DNA of 64,000 nucleotides from Deltaproteobacteria bacterium (GTDB lineage Bacteria; Myxococcota_A; Polyangia; HGW-17; SLPX01): NCBI GenBank assembly GCA_021162935.1, contig JAGGXR010000162.1, positions 21,159 to 85,158 of the forward strand, read 5' to 3'. Shown piece by piece: positions 26,883 to 36,964 of this stretch (position 1 is its first letter; each line of letters starts with the position of its first letter). The notes under the pieces were generated by a model. It saw only the letters and a program-made list of their open reading frames with translations, ran no database searches and was not told where the DNA came from. The position numbers and the translations under genes were made by a program.

Positions 26883-28645
26883 CGTCGGCCTCCTCTGTGT
26901 CCTCCAGCAGGAGCCCGCTGCTGGCCGGCCCCCATGTTCAGCCCCATGCCACGCCCCGTTTCCAGCTTCGCCAATCGCTTCCTGAGAAAATCCGCCTGCA
27001 CAGCCCTGGGATAACGGAGCAGGAATTGCTCGATGGCAGTCCGCTCCGCTCCGGTTTGGCCGAGGCTCCTCAGGGCGCGAATCTTTCCATAACGAGCCTC
27101 CTGGCCAAGCATGCCACCCAGACGCCCACGCAAATAGGCATCGAACTGACGCAGGGCGCCAGATGGGGATCCGAGGTGGTCGAGCAGGATCTCACCCAAT
27201 GCCACCCGAGCCGTCCCAACCAACCGACTGCTGGGATACTGCGCCAACAAACGCCGGTACGTGGCCGCTGCTCCCCGCCAATCGCGGGCCATGCGACGGG
27301 ACCGGGCCAGAATCATCAAGGCATTGGCGCCTCCGGGCGAGACAACCCGACCCTTCGACGATGACCTCGCCTCGGTAGGCGACCTCCGCCGCACGCCCGT
27401 CCCCCGAGCAGATCCACTCTTGATCGGAACGTTCGGCTCGTTCGAGAGCGCCCCCGAGCCCAGAGACGACCGCACCTGCCTGGCGAGCACAATGGTTCTG
27501 ACCGCCTCTCCTCGTTGCGGCACGTCGATGGTTTCATCGACACGACCGTAGCCGTCCAGCCGCACCGAAAGACGATGGCCCCCAGACCGGAGTGCCAACA
27601 GGACGGGAGACTGTCCCACGAAAACACCGTCGATCTCCACAGACGCCCCTGCCGGCGACGAACGCACCATCAGTCTCGTCGGCGCATCAGACAGCAACCC
27701 GATGACCTGCAGGTTCTGTCTCAGCCCCACGAGATCTGCGCCAGACAGTTGCCTGGCATGTGCGCCACCCACGTCCATCCCCTGGCCCGAGCCCACATGA
27801 CGATGATGACCATGCCGATCCGACACGGCCACGATGCCTCGTAAAACCGACACAAACGTTCCCGTCCGATGCCTGGAAACGGCAAAAACCGTTCCTTTGA
27901 CGGCGATCCGCCCGTCCGCTGTGTCGATCACCACCCGATCCGGCCGGTGCTCTGGAGTCACCGAGGCGACCAGACGTCCACTTTCCAGAAACAACCGGCT
28001 CTGGCTGCGTCCAAGCCGCTCGAATCGCACCACCGAGCCAGCGGCCAGCAAAACCGTGGCAGCGCATGGCAGGCTGATCACGACGGTCCCATCGCCCACG
28101 TCGAGGCGCTCTGCAATGGCCAAGGTACGTCCGCTGCGTAGCACCTTCGTGGGATCGATGGTCCGAACGGTGCCATCCGGGCCCATGGCCGTCACCACGC
28201 CGGAAAGAAACAGCACGCGGGCCACGGCAGGATGAGGAGCAACCCTCCGTCCATGCCGCCCACTCCTGTTGACCAACAGAACAACACCTGCCAACAGGGC
28301 CGCCAGCCCAACGACAGCAGCGGCCGACATCCACCACAGACGCGCCTTGTACGGACGTTCCCGCCTCGAGGTTCGCTGGCTCTGGTCACGAAACGCCGCA
28401 TCCACCACGTCATTGACCCTCCGACGCGCTGCGAGATCATCCAAAGGAGCAAGGGGACCATCGTGAGCATCATGATATCGGACGAGATCCTCCAAAACGT
28501 CGGACATGGCACAATCGCGACAATTCCGGCGATGCCGTTCCATGAAGTCGAGATCTTCAGCCGCAAGAAGGTCTCCTTCTATGCGTCTTGTTGCCAGAGC
28601 CTCGTACCGCCGGCAGTCGTTGTCATGTTGCTTCTCAGATCTCAT
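26879..28645 (-). CDS. Zinc-binding (ZAS-type) transmembrane anti-sigma factor with FecR, PEGA and TPR regions
   Basis: HRRNCRDC (H-x3-C-x2-C) ZAS motif. One TM helix. FecR-like beta region (IAVKGTVFAV). PEGA motif (SPAGASVEIDGVFVG). C-terminal TPR-like helices. Overlaps the ECF sigma stop. The start could be at 28687. Confidence 0.6.
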   Translation of the reverse strand: MRSEKQHDNDCRRYEALATRRIEGDLLAAEDLDFMERHRRNCRDCAMSDVLEDLVRYHDAHDGPLAPLDDLAARRRVNDVVDAAFRDQSQRTSRRERPYKARLWWMSAAAVVGLAALLAGVVLLVNRSGRHGRRVAPHPAVARVLFLSGVVTAMGPDGTVRTIDPTKVLRSGRTLAIAERLDVGDGTVVISLPCAATVLLAAGSVVRFERLGRSQSRLFLESGRLVASVTPEHRPDRVVIDTADGRIAVKGTVFAVSRHRTGTFVSVLRGIVAVSDRHGHHRHVGSGQGMDVGGAHARQLSGADLVGLRQNLQVIGLLSDAPTRLMVRSSPAGASVEIDGVFVGQSPVLLALRSGGHRLSVRLDGYGRVDETIDVPQRGEAVRTIVLARQVRSSLGSGALSNEPNVPIKSGSARGTGVRRRSPTEARSSSKGRVVSPGGANALMILARSRRMARDWRGAAATYRRLLAQYPSSRLVGTARVALGEILLDHLGSPSGALRQFDAYLRGRLGGMLGQEARYGKIRALRSLGQTGAERTAIEQFLLRYPRAVQADFLRKRLAKLETGRGMGLNMGAGQQRAPAGGHRGGRR

Positions 28646-29243
28646 CGTGCATCCGTTCCGCCCACTGACGGAGCATGGGGTCTCCAAGGGCCATTTTCTT
28701 CAGACGTCTCTTGGCCGTCTGCAGTCGATCCCGCACCGTATTCACGGGTGCATCGACCATCTCTGCGATTTCTGCGACTCGATACCCGGACATCCAATGC
28801 AGGGTCACCACCACCTTCTGACGCAGGGGTAGGCGGTCCAACAGGGCTGTGATTCGCTGGCGGAGTTGTCGCCGCGCCACCACGTCCCCTTGCTCCGCCG
28901 GAGCGCCGAAGGTCCGTTCCGAGTCCAGCTCCACGACGTGATCGCGACGTCGTCGCTGCTTGATGTGCCTCATGGCCGTGCGAACCACGATACGATCCGC
29001 CCACTTCTCGACCGATGCCTCGCCTCGATACGATCCGGCCGACCGGATCACCTCCATCATGGCCAACTGAACGAGGTCATCCGCGTCCCGGTGTGTCCCG
29101 GCAAGGTAGAAAACCGTAGCCCTCGCCCGATCGTAGAGACGACTGACGAGCTGACGAGCGGCTTTTCGGTCCCCAAGGCTTACCGCCTCAGTGAGGGCCA
29201 GGACTTCTGGATGTCTTGGGACCGTTTGTTCCATGAACTCCAT
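28635..29243 (-). CDS. ECF (group IV) sigma-70 family RNA polymerase sigma factor
   Basis: 202 aa. Region 2 (DADDLVQLAMMEVIRSAGSYRG...WADRIVVRTAMRHIK). Region 4 HTH (LPLRQKVVVTLHWMSGYRVAEIAEMVDAPVNTVRDRLQTAKRRL). Confidence 0.8.
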   Translation of the reverse strand: MEFMEQTVPRHPEVLALTEAVSLGDRKAARQLVSRLYDRARATVFYLAGTHRDADDLVQLAMMEVIRSAGSYRGEASVEKWADRIVVRTAMRHIKQRRRRDHVVELDSERTFGAPAEQGDVVARRQLRQRITALLDRLPLRQKVVVTLHWMSGYRVAEIAEMVDAPVNTVRDRLQTAKRRLKKMALGDPMLRQWAERMHDEI

Positions 29244-29302
29244 GTCTCTTCCAGTGCATCCCACAGCCAGAAATGGACGGAGGACACCAGAAAAAAGCCC
29301 TC

Positions 29303-30529
29303 TCACATCGCAACCACCGACAGGCCCACCACAGACAAAAATCGCGCCGGCTGCAGGGAAAGCAGGGTCGTCGATATCGACCTCACCTGAAACGATTCCA
29401 TCGATGACCCGAAAGAAAAGACCGTCGAACCAGCGACGATTGCCTCCACCCCGATCTGCAGAAAAATGCGGGCGCGTCCCAAAATCCGCAGCGACGCCCT
29501 TGCCCCGCCATTCCACGTCACCTCTTGATCGGACGATTTCTCTCGCGAGAGGATCACGCCTTCGGCCGGCCTGAATGCCAATCGTCGGTATTCGAATCCC
29601 AATCCAGACACGACGCCAAAACGCCAGGACCCTCCCTTCCAAAGATAGGCTGCGGAAAGGGACAACGGAAACCGCTTCATCACCATCGAACCATACCCCG
29701 TACGGCCGCGAACGGATTGGGCCAATCCCGCGCCTACCGACAACCAGACATTGGGAAACAGCCGCATCCACAGGACGAGATCTCCTTCGTGCACGAGGGG
29801 CACCTTCGGTCCAAACGTCTTGAGCCGGTATGCAAGGGCAACCTCCATTCTGAATGGAGGCCGCGCCACGGCATGCACCACTTGGCGATGAACGCCTGGT
29901 GCCTTTTCGGTCCTTTTGCGACTCCTGGGGGGGCCATGCTTCGAACGTTTGTGTCCTGCCGACGGACGAGGTTTCGCAATGGTTCGCCCGCCGATACGAC
30001 CGCCGGCAAGAAGTGCCTCCACGGAAGATCGCACGATCAAGGCTGCCGCTTCGGTGCCCTCGGGGCTGTGACAGGAAGGGACCGGACGAAGCACCAATCC
30101 GTTGGTTTTTGGATCGAACATGTTGAGCATGGCAAAGCCGGAAAACGGCTCATAGCACCAAAATACAAGAAGAGAACCCCGAATGGCACCCAAACGTCTG
30201 GCCAGAGCGAACTTGTCCCGACCCTGCTGTGGAAGCTGCTGGACGGACACGACCTGGAGCCTGGTCCTGGTGTCGACGAGTTGACTCTGCACGACGTCTG
30301 CGAGTGGAGGTTTGCCTCCCTTGCCCACTACCATGACCACCTGCGGAGCAGGGCGCTCCACCCTACCTGCAGAGGCTCGGACGGTCTGCGCAATATCGAG
30401 ACCCCAAAAGCCGACCATCACCACCAGCAACGGCCCATAAACCGTATCGTGAATCGAGGTGATCTGCCTGCGCCAGCTACGGGCATCTTCCCGATCGTCC
30501 AGCATTGTGTCACGATACCATGGTTCCAT
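29303..30529 (-). CDS. Hypothetical membrane protein (first gene of the ECF sigma operon)
   Basis: Long ORF with an N-terminal TM helix (LLVVMVGFWGL) and a C-terminal region of alternating hydrophobic residues. No recognisable catalytic motifs. Start uncertain. Confidence 0.35.
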   Translation of the reverse strand: MEPWYRDTMLDDREDARSWRRQITSIHDTVYGPLLVVMVGFWGLDIAQTVRASAGRVERPAPQVVMVVGKGGKPPLADVVQSQLVDTRTRLQVVSVQQLPQQGRDKFALARRLGAIRGSLLVFWCYEPFSGFAMLNMFDPKTNGLVLRPVPSCHSPEGTEAAALIVRSSVEALLAGGRIGGRTIAKPRPSAGHKRSKHGPPRSRKRTEKAPGVHRQVVHAVARPPFRMEVALAYRLKTFGPKVPLVHEGDLVLWMRLFPNVWLSVGAGLAQSVRGRTGYGSMVMKRFPLSLSAAYLWKGGSWRFGVVSGLGFEYRRLAFRPAEGVILSREKSSDQEVTWNGGARASLRILGRARIFLQIGVEAIVAGSTVFSFGSSMESFQVRSISTTLLSLQPARFLSVVGLSVVAM

Positions 30530-30561
30530 GGTACAGTAAAAGGAACGGATGACATGCTGGC

Positions 30562-31608
30562 ATGACCACGACTCAAACTCCATCGCAGAACGGAGATCGC
30601 AACGAAACGGGTTTCCAGGTTCTGCGGCGTATCCACAGACCCTGCCATGGTGAGTTGCTCGCCGTGGATCTCGTAGACGAATGTCCCTGCGCCTGCCTCC
30701 ATTGTCGTCATGGCCGCGGGAAACGGAGCGATTCCACTCCGACTTCGGACCGCGCCGTCCTGAATCAACTCGCCACTGAAATGGACCGGCGCAGACTCAA
30801 GGGGACCAGGCCGGCCTTCGTGGTCATGGGGAGCGATTCGGAGCCGTTCGTCCGGTCATCCCGACTCCAACATCTCGCAGTGGAGGCTCTGCGCATCCTG
30901 CTGGACCATCACATCGGAGTCTCCATCGAGACCAGAGGCGTCATTCCGGACGAGGCCATCGAGGTCATGGCTACCCATCGACGCCTCGTACGCGTCCGGG
31001 TGGCGGTCGGGTCGATGGATCCGGAGTTTGCTCGTTCCTGGGAAGAGGGGACCGTGGACCCGGACACGAGGTTCTTCAACATTGGCAGGCTCAAACAGGC
31101 CGGAATTCCCGTGGTCTGCCACCTCGGTCCCATCATTCCTTTCGTGAACGACGGAGACGGCCAATTTCGTGAGGTGCTCGCAGCAGCAGCCGACTATCAT
31201 CTGACCCGCGTCACCACGGAGATCATGAAAACCTGGCCCGGTATCAACGGGGTGCTGAGTCGACACGTTCCCGGTGTGGCCCCCGTGATCGCGGCAGCCT
31301 ATATGGACCACAGCCAAATGCCGCCCCAACCCAGGAACCAGCCTCCCATCGACGTGCGCCAGGACATCTACGACCGAATACGCTCCATTGCCCGACGCTA
31401 CCGACTCCACGTCGGGTTGTGCCGCTGCGCAGATCATGAACTGGGCACCCCGCCCTGCAATCTCGGCTTTGGAACCACCACCAGGAGAACGAAACAACTC
31501 GGTTTGTTCGCTGCCGGTCAGGCTACGAAGAACAGATCCCGCCCCTCGGTCCAGCCAGACGTTGCCGCCAGGTCGCGTACGCGCCGGCGCACCCGCGATG
31601 ACAAGTAG
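30562..31608 (+). CDS. Hypothetical protein with an N-terminal Cys cluster (possible radical-SAM/photolyase-like)
   Basis: CPCACLHC cluster near the N-terminus, then an alpha/beta-like region. Its tail overlaps the convergent GT2 gene by about 90 nt. Function not established. Confidence 0.3.
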   Translation: MTTTQTPSQNGDRNETGFQVLRRIHRPCHGELLAVDLVDECPCACLHCRHGRGKRSDSTPTSDRAVLNQLATEMDRRRLKGTRPAFVVMGSDSEPFVRSSRLQHLAVEALRILLDHHIGVSIETRGVIPDEAIEVMATHRRLVRVRVAVGSMDPEFARSWEEGTVDPDTRFFNIGRLKQAGIPVVCHLGPIIPFVNDGDGQFREVLAAAADYHLTRVTTEIMKTWPGINGVLSRHVPGVAPVIAAAYMDHSQMPPQPRNQPPIDVRQDIYDRIRSIARRYRLHVGLCRCADHELGTPPCNLGFGTTTRRTKQLGLFAAGQATKNRSRPSVQPDVAARSRTRRRTRDDK

Positions 31609-32540
31609 CAGGCCACGACCTTGGTCCCAGACCTGTCCTGCGATGGGCTCAGACCCGGTCCGACAGGCAAATCCTGTGTACCTCTGCCAGGATCGAAGGG
31701 AACGGCCAGGACCCGGACCCCTAAATCCGCCAACGCCTTCCGCCAGCGTTCGAGGGAAACTCCCACCCCCCAGAGCAAAACCCGATTGGCGCCGGTAAGA
31801 GGACCGGCCTGCAGATGGGCAGCCTTACCTTCCGTCAAACGCTTGGGACTGCACCGGTCATCGGTCCAGGACGTGGCGCCAGAACGCATCCGCCAGGTAT
31901 ACAGAAACGACTCCAACTTGTGCATCTTCATCCCGCGATCGAAAAGTCGAAGCCACAGGTCGATGTCTTCGGCCCAGGAAACTGTCCTCCAACCCTGCAG
32001 GTCATCGAGAGCCTCTCGCCGAAACAGGGCCGTGGCGTGGCAGAGAACGCTGTCCACGTAGCGATCCGCAAACATCTGGTCGTGGCTCAAAAGGCCGTTC
32101 TGCCACCGGATGTATCGTGCCATTCCCGTGCCCGAGGATGGTTCCGGATGCAACAGGACCCGGCAGCCCACCACGGCAATCTCCGAATGGCCTGCAAGGA
32201 AACGAACCTGCTGTTCGATCCGGCTCGGGTCACACCAGTCGTCTGCGTCCATGCGCGCCACCAGGGCGCCGCGACAATGTTGCAGCCCTCGATTGAGCGC
32301 CGCAGAGATACCCACACGATCGCTGTGGACCACCACGAGGCGGCTATCACCCCTCGCCGCGGCACGCGCGCGCCCGACCGTGTCGTCCCGAGATCCATCA
32401 TCCACCAACACGAGTTCAAGACGTCTGAAGGTCCCTGTCAAAATGGAACGCACGGCTTGCCCCACCCAGGGAGCCACGTCCTGGGCCGGCATGAGCACCG
32501 AAACAATCGGAGACGGAGAACTTGTCGAATAGGCACACAT
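31518..32540 (-). CDS. Family 2 glycosyltransferase
   Basis: IVSVLMPAQDVAPWVGQAVRSIL...LELVLVDDGSRDDT...ARMDADDW...GCRV. Canonical GT2 DxD/DADD motifs. Confidence 0.75.
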   Translation of the reverse strand: MCAYSTSSPSPIVSVLMPAQDVAPWVGQAVRSILTGTFRRLELVLVDDGSRDDTVGRARAAARGDSRLVVVHSDRVGISAALNRGLQHCRGALVARMDADDWCDPSRIEQQVRFLAGHSEIAVVGCRVLLHPEPSSGTGMARYIRWQNGLLSHDQMFADRYVDSVLCHATALFRREALDDLQGWRTVSWAEDIDLWLRLFDRGMKMHKLESFLYTWRMRSGATSWTDDRCSPKRLTEGKAAHLQAGPLTGANRVLLWGVGVSLERWRKALADLGVRVLAVPFDPGRGTQDLPVGPGLSPSQDRSGTKVVACYLSSRVRRRVRDLAATSGWTEGRDLFFVA

Positions 32541-32639
32541 CGTTTATGCTTGGAGCCTCGGCACGTTATGGGCAAAAATGACGTTCCTTGGTCGAAACGC
32601 CCACGTGATCGAATCATCTTTTTTCTGATCCGTAATGCT

Positions 32640-34013
32640 ATGCTGACATCAACGATTGACAAGTCTGTTCGACGCAGAAGACCTCTTCCCCAAGAACGCA
32701 TCGATCCCGATGCCCTCCGAATCATCTCTCGTTTGAAGCGCAACGGCCACGATGCGTATCTGGTCGGCGGATGCGTCCGCGACCTCCTCCTGGGACGGAC
32801 CCCCAAAGACTTCGACGTGGCCACGAGCGCCACCCCTGAAGAGATTCGGTCGCTGTTCCGGAATTCCCGCATCATTGGACGCCGCTTCCGCCTCGCCCAT
32901 ATCTTTTTTGGACCCAAAATCATCGAAACCGCCACATTCCGCTCAAATCCGCGACCAATGCCGGACCCAGGAGCGGACCAATTGCCCGACATGCCCACAC
33001 CGGACGACCAATGGTGTAATGAACCAGGTCTCGACCCGATACAGCCCGAGCCGTCTCCACCGGTACCGATGCGGGCATTGGGTCCGAACGACCACCTCCT
33101 CATTCGACGAGACAACGTATTCGGAACCGTCGAAGAAGACGCCAAAAGGCGAGATTTTACCATCAACGGCCTCTACTACGACCCACAGCGCAAGGAGGTC
33201 ATCGACTACGTAGGCGGCTTGGACGACCTGAAGGTCCGACAGATCCGCACCATCGGAAACCCGGATGTGCGCTTTCGAGAAGATCCTGTCCGCATTCTAC
33301 GCGCCATCAAGTTCGCTGCCCGACTCGACATGCACATCGAGCCTGCCACCCATGACGCCATCATTCGCTACCGGGAGCAGATTCGGTACTGCGCACCCGC
33401 CAGGGTCGCCGAAGAAATCCGACGATTCCTCCGCGAGGGGGTCTCGCGACCGGCCATGGAAATTGCCCTATCCCTGTCCGTCCTGGACACATTGGCCGAT
33501 CCCATCGCCAAGGCGATGCAGAAGGCCCCGTCTGCTGGCAGGCTCCGGCGACGACTTGCGGCGGCGGACAAGGCGGTCGCCTCGGGGGCGGAAACCACCA
33601 GCGCCGTCCTGATGGCCAATTTCATCATCGAGGCGCTCGATCCCTCCTGGCCCCAAGCTCAGGACCCTTCGACCGCCCTGCAACGGACCCTCGGCCCCAT
33701 GGTGACCCTGCTCCACGTGCCGAAAAAAGACGCGGATCGCATCCGCCAGATCCTCCTTGCCCAAAGACGAATCGTGGACGGAGGACCAAAGCGCAGGATT
33801 CGCGCCTTGATGAATCAGGAGGCCTTCGTCGAATCGCTCTTCCTGGCGGAGATCAGTTTCTTGGCTGGTCTCGGGCCCGATCGCGAGACCATCCTGGAAT
33901 GGAAGCACCGCATCGGCTGGCCGGAAAAGCGCATTGGTGGCCCCATGCCCACGCGCCCGGCTCGCAGACGAACCAATGCCCGACGCCGGCCCTCCCATCG
34001 CCCTCACAGATAG
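32640..34013 (+). CDS. pcnB: Poly(A) polymerase I (tRNA nucleotidyltransferase superfamily)
   Basis: LVGGCVRDLLLGRTPKDFDVATSATPEEIRSLFRNSRIIGRRFRLAHIFFG closely resembles E. coli PcnB (..GRRFRLAHVMFG..). The 732-aa six-frame ORF is trimmed because its N-terminal ~275 aa are antisense to the GT2 gene. Confidence 0.8.
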   Translation: MLTSTIDKSVRRRRPLPQERIDPDALRIISRLKRNGHDAYLVGGCVRDLLLGRTPKDFDVATSATPEEIRSLFRNSRIIGRRFRLAHIFFGPKIIETATFRSNPRPMPDPGADQLPDMPTPDDQWCNEPGLDPIQPEPSPPVPMRALGPNDHLLIRRDNVFGTVEEDAKRRDFTINGLYYDPQRKEVIDYVGGLDDLKVRQIRTIGNPDVRFREDPVRILRAIKFAARLDMHIEPATHDAIIRYREQIRYCAPARVAEEIRRFLREGVSRPAMEIALSLSVLDTLADPIAKAMQKAPSAGRLRRRLAAADKAVASGAETTSAVLMANFIIEALDPSWPQAQDPSTALQRTLGPMVTLLHVPKKDADRIRQILLAQRRIVDGGPKRRIRALMNQEAFVESLFLAEISFLAGLGPDRETILEWKHRIGWPEKRIGGPMPTRPARRRTNARRRPSHRPHR

Positions 34014-34231
34014 AAACGAGGCTGGACCTCGTCCCGCCTGACACGAACCTTGACACCGATCCAATTGCTCTGGGATAGTGGCTTGACCGCAGTACAACCA
34101 ACAGATTTTTCGGAATGGACAACCCTAGACAAGGATTTGAATCCCGACCGCGAAACGGCCGGCAAGGAAAAACGCAATATATCGAGCCACTCGCACGTCT
34201 CATGAAAGCCGGGTAGACAAGGAGTCGCACC

Positions 34232-34981
34232 ATGATCAAGACTTTTCTGGCCAGTTGGATTGCGCTGATATCTACGGCTGGCCTGGCTCACGCCGGCTCA
34301 TGGGGCAAGTGTCCCGGCGGGACGAAAGCCATCGTGGACCGTGCAGACAGAATCATGGTGGCCGGATCCTCGGCGGGCATCATGACCATGCGCGTGGTCA
34401 AGCCCCACAATCATGCCACCATGAAAATGAAGTTCTGGTCTTCTGGAAGAGAAAAGATGCTCGTCCGTATTGCAGCGCCGTCTCGCCTGCGCGGCATGGC
34501 CACGCTCAAGGTGGGCACGCGAGTCTGGTACTACATGCCCAGAACCGACCGCATCGTGCGGGTGGGCTCGTCCATGCTGTCCGACTCGTGGATGGGCAGC
34601 CACTTCACGAACGATGACCTGATCAAAGAAACGGAAATGGAAAAGGACTACACCTGCCAGGCTCGCCGCGACCTGGCCGCATCCTACCGCATCACCTTGA
34701 AGCCCAAGCCCAACGCCCCAGTGGTCTGGGGCAAGGTGATCATGGTCATCAAACGAAAGAACGGGCTGCCCGAAAAGGTGGAATACTACGACGAACACGG
34801 TCGGCTGAAACGAATCATGACCTTTTCACAAGCAAGAGTCATGGACGGCCGTCTCGTCCCCACTCGGTTCGTCCTGCGCCCGGCAGGAAAAAGCGAATAC
34901 ACCGAAATCTCGTATCAAAAAATTCGTTTCCGGGTCCGCATTCCAGCGCGCTACTTTTCTTTGCGAGGACTGACCAGATAA
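34232..34981 (+). CDS. Outer-membrane lipoprotein-sorting (LolA-like) family protein
   Basis: Signal peptide. About 250 aa. Motifs as in LolA-like proteins found with FtsX permeases (MKMKFWSSGREKMLVRI...GTRVWYYMPRTDRI...SWMGSHFTNDDL). Confidence 0.6.
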   Translation: MIKTFLASWIALISTAGLAHAGSWGKCPGGTKAIVDRADRIMVAGSSAGIMTMRVVKPHNHATMKMKFWSSGREKMLVRIAAPSRLRGMATLKVGTRVWYYMPRTDRIVRVGSSMLSDSWMGSHFTNDDLIKETEMEKDYTCQARRDLAASYRITLKPKPNAPVVWGKVIMVIKRKNGLPEKVEYYDEHGRLKRIMTFSQARVMDGRLVPTRFVLRPAGKSEYTEISYQKIRFRVRIPARYFSLRGLTR

Positions 34982-35077
34982 CCGCACAGGGCTCGAACTC
35001 CAACAAGCCATGGCGGAGACGCCCTGGCGCTCGTTCGGCTCTCTGTCTCCACGAACGCCAACGGCTGGAGGACAACC

Positions 35078-36955
35078 ATGAAGACTTACGGCGCGAGATT
35101 ACTCCTCAAAATGGCCTGGCGAAACCTGTGGAGACAGCGGCGCCGGACGCTGATCACCATCATCGCCATGGTTGCTGGACTCGGCCTCTGCATCCCGTAC
35201 TACGGGCTCACCGAAGGGCTCAGTGCCGACATGAAACGCGGCATCACCCGAATCCACACGGGGCACATCCAGATCCACAATCCAAAGTATCCCAAAGAAC
35301 GTGCCATGGCGGAGACCATGCCCCTCGGCATCGAAGACCGCGTGGCCAAAATCGATGGAGTGGTGGCGGTTGCCCCAAGGGTCTACTCGGGAGGACTCAT
35401 CAGCAGTGACTGTCGTATCCGGACGAGCCTCATCGGCCTACCTTCGGGAAAACCACTCCCACCCGCAACAAGGCTCGCACAAGGCAAGCCACTCGATGCC
35501 GCCCATGTCTGTGGGGTTCTGCTGCCCCGGTCAGCGGCCGACCGATGGAATCTCAATCTCGGATCCGTCCTGCGTCTGCGTCCCCTACCCCCGCCAGGTG
35601 CCTGTGAAAAAGTGGAGGTGCGAGGAATCATCCAGGGCAACGATGTGGGCCGCAGCCCCAAGCACCAGACCGCCCAAATGCAGATCTTCATGTTCGCCAC
35701 CCAGGTCCAAAAGATCCTGAGCCCGGCCAAGAAAGAAAAGCCCATCGATTGGAATATCGACGACCTGCCCAAGGAGGATACGCCTGCCGCGACCAAGGCA
35801 AACGGGGCAAACGAGAACGGAACCACTGCCAAACCGCGCCCGAAGACAGTCCCCACGACCTCGCCAGCTCAGCCACCACGAGCAGGGGTGGCCACGGGGG
35901 CACATGGGAAACCGGCCCCCACCAACGAACGCCGATCAGTGGACCACGGCAAACTGGCACCGCAAACGCCCCCACGGCTCGGCCCGGACCATGGTTTCTG
36001 GACGCTGATGCGCAGTGAATCGAACCCAGTGGGAATCGTGGCCATCGATCCGGCCAAGGAAAGCAAAGTCACCCTCCTGTCCGAGCATGTCCTGTCAGGC
36101 ACCTACCTCCCCGCCGGCCATCGAGGCAAGGGGCCGCGCCCCATTCTCTTGGGAAAACGTCTGGCCGACCAACTCATGGTCAAGCCCGGCGACCGGATAG
36201 GACTCGACATCATGAGCGCCGACGGCTATCCCGTAGACGAGATCTTTACGGTTTCGGGCATCTTCCAAACAGGGGTCGATGAAATGGACCGGGGCATGGT
36301 CTACGTGCCAATCGACGTGGCATGGGATTCGAATCTGATGAATCTCAAGGCCAAGACACCATCCCCGATCCATGAATTCGCCATACGCATTCGAGAGGGA
36401 CTGAACGAGGCCCAGGTGGCGCAACGTATCCGTAAGGCCGTTGGCCCTGGATTCCTGGTCCAAACCTGGCAGCAACTCGACCCGAACACGGCCAAGCTCA
36501 TCCAGTACCAAGACGTGGCCATTGCCATCTTCTTGGGGATCATCTTCATCATCGCCGCCCTGGGCACGACGAACACGATGCTCATGGCCGTCTTTGAACG
36601 CACCAAGGAATTCGGTGTGCTCAAATCCGTGGGGATGACCCCCCTGCGGATGGCGACCCTCATCATCACCGAGACACTCCTGTTGACCCTGCTCGCAGCA
36701 GTGCTGGGCACCGCCATCGGCCTGGGCTTCGACTACTACCTCATGGTCCATGGTCTGGACCTGACCGCATACAACCCTGCTGGGTTTTCCTATCAAGGCC
36801 TGTTCATCGAACCGATCTGGAAGGCCATCATCACTCCGACGGGCGTGCTCGTTCCCGTAATCCTGCTCTGTTCGGTCAGCGTGATCGTGTCCATCTGGCC
36901 GGCCGTCAAGGCCAGCAGGATCCGACCCGTCGAAGCCCTCAAGCAGGAAGGATAG
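35078..36955 (+). CDS. ABC transporter permease, FtsX/MacB family, with a Pro/Ala-rich insertion in the periplasmic domain
   Basis: N-terminal TM plus MacB_PCD-like periplasmic domain. Four C-terminal FtsX helices (...ALGTTNTMLMAVFERTKEFGVLKSVGM...). An insert of about 110 aa of low complexity (AATKANGANENGTTAKPRPK...PPRLGPDHG). Confidence 0.75.
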   Translation: MKTYGARLLLKMAWRNLWRQRRRTLITIIAMVAGLGLCIPYYGLTEGLSADMKRGITRIHTGHIQIHNPKYPKERAMAETMPLGIEDRVAKIDGVVAVAPRVYSGGLISSDCRIRTSLIGLPSGKPLPPATRLAQGKPLDAAHVCGVLLPRSAADRWNLNLGSVLRLRPLPPPGACEKVEVRGIIQGNDVGRSPKHQTAQMQIFMFATQVQKILSPAKKEKPIDWNIDDLPKEDTPAATKANGANENGTTAKPRPKTVPTTSPAQPPRAGVATGAHGKPAPTNERRSVDHGKLAPQTPPRLGPDHGFWTLMRSESNPVGIVAIDPAKESKVTLLSEHVLSGTYLPAGHRGKGPRPILLGKRLADQLMVKPGDRIGLDIMSADGYPVDEIFTVSGIFQTGVDEMDRGMVYVPIDVAWDSNLMNLKAKTPSPIHEFAIRIREGLNEAQVAQRIRKAVGPGFLVQTWQQLDPNTAKLIQYQDVAIAIFLGIIFIIAALGTTNTMLMAVFERTKEFGVLKSVGMTPLRMATLIITETLLLTLLAAVLGTAIGLGFDYYLMVHGLDLTAYNPAGFSYQGLFIEPIWKAIITPTGVLVPVILLCSVSVIVSIWPAVKASRIRPVEALKQEG

Positions 36956-36964
36956 GAGGTCGCC

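Noticed and set aside
31815-32639. N-terminal 275 aa of the 732-aa plus ORF
   Set aside because: Antisense to the GT2 glycosyltransferase. pcnB is trimmed to the internal ATG at 32640, where PcnB-like sequence begins.
34016-34032. Hairpin ACGAGG-ctgga-CCTCGT just after the pcnB stop
   Set aside because: A 6-bp stem without a following U-tract. Insufficient to call an intrinsic terminator.
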